Position numbers and translations under genes: made by a program. From NCBI GenBank assembly GCA_977020255.1, contig CDROCS010003280.1, positions 62,001-126,000 of the forward strand: 64,000 bases of DNA, written 5' to 3'. Position 1 is the stretch's first letter. Every line of letters begins with the position of its first letter. The notes below the pieces were generated by a model, which did no database searches, had not been told where the DNA came from, and was given only the letters and a program-made list of their open reading frames with translations. Source of the DNA: Obrimoposthia wandeli (taxonomy: Eukaryota). Shown here piece after piece: positions 55,901 through 64,000 of this stretch.

Positions 55901-57245
55901 CATAATATAATTAAATCAAAAATTAAAAATTAAAAACAATTTACAGATTTATTAACAAACTTACGAACAGAATTTTAGTTCTAAAATTGTTTTTTAATTT
56001 TCAAACATTGTAAATAATAACATGACCACAATACTAAACCGACCCCTGTTTATTGTTGGCCTACTCATTTGAAATGTGATTGTTCTATTTCTTGACACCG
56101 TTGCCCAAACTGTCGATCCTGCTGACTTTTGAAATATTTGTTGTTCATTGACATTTAAATTATAAAACTGCTAAAAATAAAACACCGTAATAATGTAGAG
56201 CTTCAACTCCTCTGTTTCGTTGTTTTTCATTGTAAGTAATTAAAGATTTTTAGACACAGCCTTATTTTTTAAATGGTAACATAACATTTTAGAATCATGT
56301 TTTGTCTTTCAGTTGGAACTGGTAACTAATGGACGATGACAGAAGGAATAATCCACTTTTTTAAACTTGGGATTAAAACAGCACAAATTCCCTTTGAAAA
56401 AATTATTGACAAGTTTAAAAATCGCATTATTGGTGATCGCATGCTTTTTATGGAACTTTATGTATATATAGTCCACGGATAAAATAATCTTTGAAACGAT
56501 CTAACGAAAACTTAAAAATGACTGTAAATAACAGATAATAAATAATAGAGCATATAGTATTAAAACTGTTTTTAGAAGTGCTATTTTTATTAAAAGCCCT
56601 CTCATCCAGTTAAAATATGGATGTACTCCTCTGTTAATGGATATTTTATTAAGAGTTGCCGATATTTAATAGTGGTTAAGACAATTAAATAAATATTTTT
56701 AAATTTACATATTTACATGGATTTTTCTGAAGATTTCTTTTGCTTTAAATAGTATAAATATGAATTTATGAATTTATTTCAATTTTAATATTTGATCATA
56801 TTCGATTTTTCAATTTTTTATTGTTAATATTTGCAATAAATCTGAGATGCTTTTCATTGTTAATAGACATAATTATATCCAATTCGAACAATAAACCTTT
56901 TGGGCATTCATGGAAAACTCCATTTAAGATTTAGCATGATTCTAAACACAATCAAGTTTTTATTAGTTATTTTTAATAAGTGGATTTTGTTTATTTCATA
57001 TTTTGGAAGCTGCAATAAATATTGTAAAGATAAGAAGATTATCTTAAGTCACATAAGGAAAAATATGCTGATATGCTGATATTGTTTTGCATGGATGCGT
57101 TACGCATTGATTGGTTCACTTTGTGTTACAGACCCGAAAAATTTCCACACGTTGGTCACATTTTTTCTAATTAAAAATTATTTTGACATTTTTTTAGTAT
57201 TTTTGTACATTTATTAAACGTCCTAATAATGTTTTCTATTCTTAG

Positions 57246-57387
57246 ATTCTCGATGGTAACAAAGAGATCTGGAATTTTGCCCTTCGGAAAGTCGATTTCG
57301 TTGCCAAAAGGATTCGGATAATTCCCGTCAATCAAATCAAGACAGAAGTGTGTCTGATCTTGGATGTGTACGGCCTTCCTTTCTCAG
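57246..57387 (+). CDS. Ddr: DDR-like exon: C-terminal part of discoidin domain
   Basis: TTCTTAG acceptor and G|GTAACG donor. 142 nt encoding ILDGNKEIWNFALRKVDFVAKRIRIIPVNQIKTEVCLILDVYGLPFS, resembling DDR2 VLDGN...VARFVRFIP...VCMRVELYGC. Phase 0 to phase 1. Confidence 0.9.
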
Positions 57388-58369
57388 GTAACGAGTTTGC
57401 TGTAGATGTGGAAATTTGCAATTACAGTTGAAAACTCAACATTAGCACTTTTAAATACGCACTTGTCAAAATCTTTGAACTAATTAAATAGTATTTATTC
57501 ATTTAACCTTTTTTTTATATATTGAAAAGTTAAACTGACGTTATACTTCAATTTATTACTTAAAATGTATTACTCACAAAAGCCCGAGTGAGCATGCATA
57601 TGAATCTTAGCATCAACGATGGTGAATGCAGATTGGTTAGGACATTCTCAAATAACAAACCGAGAGATGGAAAATTTGAAATTTATGCTTTGAATCTTTA
57701 CAATTATTTACCGATGGATATTAGAAACTGTAACAATGTTAACAAAAATCCAAGAAACAACTAATGCCTTTAGTATTCAGAAACTGCTGCAAAGAATAAT
57801 AGTAAACATGAATTGCGTTTGAATAATTAATCATAGATTTATTAGATTCAAATTTACCACATAAGGTTTTTCAGATCAAAAAAGGTTTGTAGAATTATAG
57901 TTAGAAGACCAAATTTCAAAAAATAAAAATTATCTTTTTCCCTATAAATTTCTGAATTTTATTTTGATAGTTGTAATCAATAATATATTAACACTTTATA
58001 TAGTATATTATTGTTATGGCTGATATAAGTGAAATTAGCAAAAGTAATATTTTAGATTTTTTGTAAAAATATGTCCGTCACTTGGTTCTAACTCTCAAAC
58101 ACACCACTTTATTATTAATATTATTATTACTGCATTGTTGTTGTTGTTGTTACTGACTGTTTCTGATCACTACATTAAACACATCTATGTCAACTTTTCG
58201 AATTGAAGCCTTAAATATATTTTTTTCTACTACGTTTTTTAATAGAACGTGGAATAATTATAAGCGGTACAAAATGAGTTGGAGAAAAAAGTAATTAGAA
58301 AATAGAAGTTCAATCTATCTCATTATTACAATGATTTGAGAAATGATACTAAACTTAGAATATCTCATC

Positions 58370-58485
58370 AAAATGGTGTTGTGTGGCATTTTCTATTTTG
58401 GTACTCTAAATTCAGTTATAATTATAACAAGATTTAAAAGTGCAGATTATGTAGATATGTTCTCAGAAAATTTAGTAGCAGAAGA
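58370..58485 (+). pseudogene. Tc1-like transposase fragment
   Basis: MVLCGIFYFGTL...RFKSADYVDMFSENL resembles the Tc1 VMVWG...S..Y..L..NL region. Confidence 0.6.
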
Positions 58486-58489
58486 AAAA

Positions 58490-58775
58490 GGATCAGAGAT
58501 AGGTAGAAGTGGTTGCAACCGTTTTCAACCCAGATATGGAACTGGTGGATAGAAAAAGTAGGCAAAAAATGTGGGCAACAAGACAAAAAGGAGTCGGTGA
58601 AACTAAGGGACATAGTGATGATTCTGGATAAAAAGAATGAACATGAAAAATGGCCATTAGGTATAATTATCAAGTTAAGTATTGGTGAAGACCGTTTCAC
58701 CAGAGTGGCTTAAGTGTTTGTGGAAGGAGAAATGGTAAGATTAATATGTCATTTGTGTTGCTTGACGAGGTATAT
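58490..58775 (+). pseudogene. BEL/Pao retrotransposon pol C-terminal (DUF5641-like) fragment
   Basis: QIWNWW...VKLRDIVMILDKKNEHEKWPLGIIIKLSIGEDRFTRVA*V matches FW.RW...GD.V......WPLGRI...PG.DG.VRVA.V, followed by RLICHLCCL. Confidence 0.8.
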
Positions 58776-58898
58776 GAACTGTTTTCTCATGGTTTGGAAG
58801 TAGTATGTAAGGGACCGGAGTACAAATGACAAATTCGGTTGTTGGGTTTTTTTGGTTGAGGATTAGGTCTAATGATAGTGAGAGCTATGTTTATAATA

Positions 58899-58934
58899 AA
58901 TTGCTGCTTAAGCAAATTTACTTAAGCAGCAATT
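58899..58934. repeat. Perfect 14-bp inverted repeat with 8-nt spacer
   Basis: AATTGCTGCTTAAG-CAAATTTA-CTTAAGCAGCAATT. Confidence 0.8.
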
Positions 58935-59527
58935 AATTTAAATGGACCTATATAAGCCGAATTGTTATATGCACTTTTATGCGTTTTGTTGTCGCACACA
59001 TGTACGAATAACCAGACATAAAAATCTAAATCAGATGTCAAAGGTTCTAGCTCAATTTCTTTTGCATTGATATCTATGGAGACAATTTTCCAATGCTCTA
59101 TATGAGTTTAACTGCCCAAGTCGGAAGTTATTTTTGAATATATTAAAACCACAGATACGTTAACGAAATATTTCGACAGTTTTCACAAGTTCCCTGACAC
59201 ATAAATGAGGAAACAACAGTTTCAGACCCAAACATGAAAAATTGTTACTTTGGTCCTGTAATAACCGGATTCCTGACATTTATTTTAAGGGTTTTCAGTT
59301 AAAATTGACCGCTATACATTTCTAATTATTTTTCAATATCCATTTTATATAAAATCTAAATTTGATTAAAATTCTACCAAAATTAAAGAATATATATATA
59401 TTTTTTTAATGTTATTTCTTCTTTTTTCAAAATGTCCCACTTTTTTCTTCTTCCTTTTATGTATTTAAATGTCAAATTTTTCTTCTACCATTGGTACTTA
59501 TGGTCTCTGGTGTGGAATAACTTGCAG

Positions 59528-59806
59528 ATGGCGTGGTGGAGTACTCTATGCGCCAGGGAAACGAGTATACCGACACGTCTGGCAAGACAGTGGCTCTTAT
59601 CGACAGATTGTATGACGGGCCGGACCGCTCTCAAAGCCGAGATAACGTTTTTCTTACCGGAGGCATGGGGCAGCTGATGAATGGTGTAAAGAGTAAAATG
59701 TCCAGCATTGACACAACTCAGTCGGACCGTACCTTCGTCGGTTGGAGTCGACAAAGTTTGGGATTAACGTCGGACTCGGTGGATCTCATTTTCCGCTTCG
59801 ACAGAG
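59528..59806 (+). CDS. Ddr: DDR-like exon: first part of the discoidin-like (DS-like) domain
   Basis: TTGCAG acceptor and G|GTAAGG donor. 279 nt, phase 1 to phase 1. Encodes (D)GVVEYSMRQG...LIDRLYDG...LTGGMGQLMNG...FVGWSRQS...VDLIFRFDR, resembling DDR DGLVSY...LNDSVYDG...GLGQLTDG...YVGW...EIMFEFDR. Confidence 0.93.
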
Positions 59807-60375
59807 GTAAGGTTACACGGTGATGGTTTCCTGTTAAATCGTATATATAATATTATTTATGACATTTCATCTCATGTACATTTCGTCTTATTTAAATGAA
59901 TTAAAGGGTTTAATTTTTCTATCAATAACTGCACAATATTTTTCTCTTCTGACTTTAGATATTTTGTCAGATATGTAAGACTTCTTTTAACTGAAGAACA
60001 ATTCAACTTATGCTCGCTGAAAGATCTTTTTACCGATACTGAAACTAACGGCACAAACACACATTCCGTTAGTAACTCCACGTGGCTCATATCCATCTAT
60101 TATGTTAAATCTTAATTCAAGAACTTCAACAAAACTAAATATTTTTTGAAAATTACCCAAATAAAAAATTATTGCTGAAATATACGATAAATTCAAACGA
60201 GTAATCTCACATTTTTTCAATAATTGATTTTTATCACTTGTTTTTAGATTTTATTAATCTACAAATGAAGCACTTCTTTAAAATTGTATTCTTTAACAAA
60301 CTCTTCTTTAGCAACTTTCGGCTTTATATAATTTGCTTTTCAATAAAAATACCAAAATTGACTAGTAAGACAATT

Positions 60376-60399
60376 CTGCTGCTGCTGCTGCTGCTGCTG
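60376..60399. repeat. (CTG)8 microsatellite
   Basis: Eight CTG units in an intron. Confidence 0.95.
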
Positions 60400-61291
60400 T
60401 CGATAAATTATAGATCGGCCTAACTTTCCATCTTGGGTTGGTTTTGGTCAAGAATTCATTAACAAAATGCACTTTTAGTGTTGCAATAACCCGTGATCTA
60501 ACAGTTTTTAAAATTACGAAAATCTGAATGCATAATGAGATGCGTCTGTTACAATTAAAGACTTTTTAAAATATTTAGTATCAGGCCAAATAATATTAAA
60601 ACTATTCATAAAGGCTTGAAACCTTTGAAGCATTTGTTTCTCTAAAATCACTGATTTAGAAAAGTCTCAATTTAATGTTTAGTATACAACGTTAACAAGC
60701 ACCTGTAGATTCGTCAATTATAAAATACGTTAGTTCCTATTATATTTGGAATTTGGTATATTATTTCTTTTTAAATTAAATCCACATAACCTTTTCTTAA
60801 TGTACTAATATCTGGCCATAACTAACTTAACCATATTTAAAATAAATGACATTTTTGATTACCCTCATTTTGAAAATGTAAATATTCAAACATAAACCAA
60901 TTGATATTATTTGCATTTTCTTATTTAAACTTATATTAACCTTATATAGCAGTTTATTTCAAAATTCGGTTAATTCGGTCAATTTATTATTAAAATGCTA
61001 ATTTCGGTCAATTTCAGTTTATGACCAAAAATTCGTAGTCTAATTATGACTATTAATGACACCGTCCAATGAATTACCGCCTCAATTATTCGCTAGATAA
61101 AAGCTGGTAGATTATAAATTAAAAATGGTAACATACACGTAGCAGAACCCATGCACCAATTTTGTCCAGGCCATAATTGTTTTAATGAAAAAAGCTAATT
61201 TAAACAGTTATTTTAAATTTTAAAATGAACAATTTATAGATTATGACATATTATCAGAAAGGATTACATTTATTTATAAATACAGACCTAT

Positions 61292-62403
61292 CAGGTTAAT
61301 GAATAGAGCCCTGTGCCGATTCATCGCCAATTCTGTTCATTAAAGATGGCCCACTAGGCATTCGTATTAAATCGTAATAATTTTTATTTTTTTTTCTACC
61401 TTCGATATAGAAAATTTTCAAATTTGCATTGATAATTTATTTAAATAAGAATAAAAATATTAAAATATCTTTTAAACCTGAATTCATAACAAACATGTTT
61501 TGGATGCACTAAATAAATTTGGTTTTTATTGAAATAACTGGCCCTGACAACTATTTTATTTCTAGGGAAAATTTTCTTGTTACGCTGTTTAACTAATCTC
61601 AATATTTCGATTTATTATTATGATAAAAAATTAAATCCAAAAAGGTTTATAAAAACAAATGACTTTCAGTTACTTATATAATTGGCATTTACTCATTTAA
61701 AATCTCAAGAGCTCATAAATCTGCCACTAGGATTAGGAGATTTTTCTTTCTCCTGGATTTGTTGCTCTAACGTTAGGCATCAAATTTTTCAAATCGAAAT
61801 TTCACTCCACACACATGCACGGTTTTAAAGGACAAGGGGGGAGGGGTGTGTGGATTAGACCGGACACATCCACCTACTGAGCACTTCAACGGGTTTTTTT
61901 TCAATTAAACTTCTTTTTTTTTTATATAACAAACTTTGTCATTTAGCAAAATATTTAAAGTTAAACTTAAGTTATACATACATTTATTATTTATAAACAA
62001 AAGTTGTTTTTAATATTCCAACGAGGCAGTTGGATTTCCATTATATATTACCTGCCTCTGAATTCGAAAGTTTGTAATCCAAATGTCAACTGCTTTGATA
62101 CATTCTTAAGTGAATATTTAAAAAAAATCTAAATGTTCTAAAAGAATTTTAAATTTCTAGAAAAAATTGTTCTTGAGGCCTGTTAATGCATGTTGTACGA
62201 AAACATGATTTTGTGACGAAAAATATTAGAAAATAACATAATAAACTGTTTTTTATCGTCTTGATTATCTTTTGTATTTTATTCCTAAATCTTATTTTAA
62301 AGTATTTTAAAAATGTATTACGATTTAATACGAATGCCTAGTGAGCCACCTTTAAGGAACAGAATTGGCGATGAATCGGCACAGGGCTCTATTCATTAAC
62401 CTG
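61292..62403. mobile_element. Non-coding element with ~88-90 bp terminal inverted repeats (unclassified DNA transposon derivative)
   Basis: 61290-61379 is the reverse complement of ~62316-62405 with about 3 mismatches. CAGG termini, AT on both sides, no ORF. Confidence 0.85.
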
Positions 62404-63129
62404 ATCTTGATTCCATTAGGAGTATCTTGAGAAAATCAGACATAGAAGCTTTGGTTTTATATTGGTTCTACTAAAAATATAAAGTATTAAAAATTGCAGA
62501 CAAAAAACAGGTACATTTTTAGACATTATAAAATTCAGTGACAATTATCCAAATGCACCTATAGCATATCAATATGATGTATTTAATTGTTTTTATTTTA
62601 TTAGAAAATATTTTTCTGGTTCAATTAACTATTTTATTACCACATTTACTCTAATAATTTTAAAAAATTGTGTGTTATATTTGTCATTATGAACCCAAAC
62701 GTCACGGATTTCTAACATTGATTTCTTTTAATGTTTCATATATAATACAAGGAAGGAAAATATTCAAAAAAAATTCATTGTTACTCTCAATTTATCAGGT
62801 ACTCTATCCACAACTACATATCGCCATCACCACATGTCACTTCAACTAGAGTGGTCACCATACGTCAGAAATTATTTCTTTTTCGTCTAGTTCATAATTC
62901 ATTGTCTGTAAATCAAAACAAATTATAATTATGGTTATTTTAGTTAATTCAATGTGTAAATTCTTTGTAAATAATATTTGATACAATAATGACATAAACA
63001 ATTGAAGAAAATTGTATGTAAATCTTATTCTTTATATTACGTCAAATATCAAAATTGGTGTTTAAATTATTGTTGGACCAGCTAATAAATTTATACAACG
63101 AACGTACACGTAGCTTTATTTCATGTAAT

Positions 63130-63620
63130 GATTGCTGAAAAATTACAAATGAAACTTTTGAATATAAAGGAACAATCATCATGTAGCATATATGATACTG
63201 CGATAATGAAAGGGTTAAAAAACTCACACGATATCACGTCGGTTTTAACAATAATTTATAGATTTGAAAGTAAAGTGTTAACTGAAGGGTTAATTGAGTT
63301 TGAAAGAAAGATACAGGAGATTCTAGATGGTTGTGTAATATCGTTAATTATCTGGTCTACTATCGACCAGAAGAGGAATAATGGTGAGACCAAAGGATGC
63401 CATCCACAATAATTGATGAGCCATGACAGATAAATGACTCGGGATCAATACGTGTTTCTGAATCATAGTCGTCCATAATTCATGCTTTATTGCCTTCTCA
63501 TGGAATTGGATATTTTCAATAATTCAGTGAATTTATACTCAACTGATAATGCTCAGAAGCACACAAAAACTGTTTCAGGAGATTTCAACTGGATTTCGGT
63601 TTAAGTTCATTTATAATTAG
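63130..63620 (+). pseudogene. Possible hAT transposase relic
   Basis: ERKIQEILDGCVISLIIWST, IIVVHNS and KFIYN loosely follow hAT SLTxDxWS, IVTDNA and FIYNH in order. Weak similarity. Confidence 0.3.
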
Positions 63621-63645
63621 TTATCTGGGCAATATATATATATAG

Positions 63646-63664
63646 AAAGAGAGAGAGAGAGAGA
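63646..63664. repeat. (GA)n microsatellite next to a short (TA)n
   Basis: ATATATATATAG...AGAGAGAGAGAGAGAG. Confidence 0.85.
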
Positions 63665-64000
63665 AATGCGTTTCACAATAATCATGAGAACTTATTTGTA
63701 ACAAGTAAGTTTCTCTTTTTGTTAGTTCTACATCATATTTTTACGTGATAAAGTAGCTTTTCAAAAAATATTTTTCTGTCAAATTTCAAAAGACCCAATA
63801 TAGAGATAACTTCATGATTATGGGAAATATTTTAATTACGGTTTTAAAAGGAAACTGATTATTGCCTACGATTTTTTGGTGTCACTTTTGATATTGTTTT
63901 ATTTATCATTGGTATTTGGAATGTAGAATTAAGTTTGGCAGGTCTGCTGGGAAACAGGAGATTAGTAAGTTTTGACGCAAAGTTATAAATAAAAAAAACA

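Noticed and set aside
61770-61880. GIKFFKSKFHSTHM as the next DS-like exon (RNFxxMxVHxNNM)
   Set aside because: It lies inside the inverted-repeat element, has no good donor and runs into a stop; probably coincidence.

Overview
AT-rich animal (invertebrate-like) genomic DNA with no prokaryotic features. The one supportable host gene is a plus-strand discoidin domain receptor (DDR)-like gene. Four coding exons are recognisable (26205-26325, 40217/40223-40346, 57246-57387, 59528-59806). The first exon, one internal discoidin exon and all transmembrane/kinase exons were not found. Bases 464-9340 are a 22-23 bp satellite interrupted twice, at the same site, by a ~1.68 kb TGTT...AACA solo-LTR-like element with a CATT target duplication, giving a ~4.35 kb tandem duplication that may be an assembly artefact. 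Diverged relatives of this LTR occur inverted at 9341-10251 and as a complete 1208 bp copy (CCTA duplication) inside a Tc1-type transposase at 41892-43099. The rest is intronic or intergenic DNA with decayed Tc1/Tc3/mariner, piggyBac, BEL/Pao and possibly hAT fragments, three MITEs and a 1.1 kb element with ~90 bp terminal inverted repeats. Nearly all ORFs in the supplied track are spurious or transposon relics. Protein assignments come from manual translation and recalled family motifs; no database search was run.
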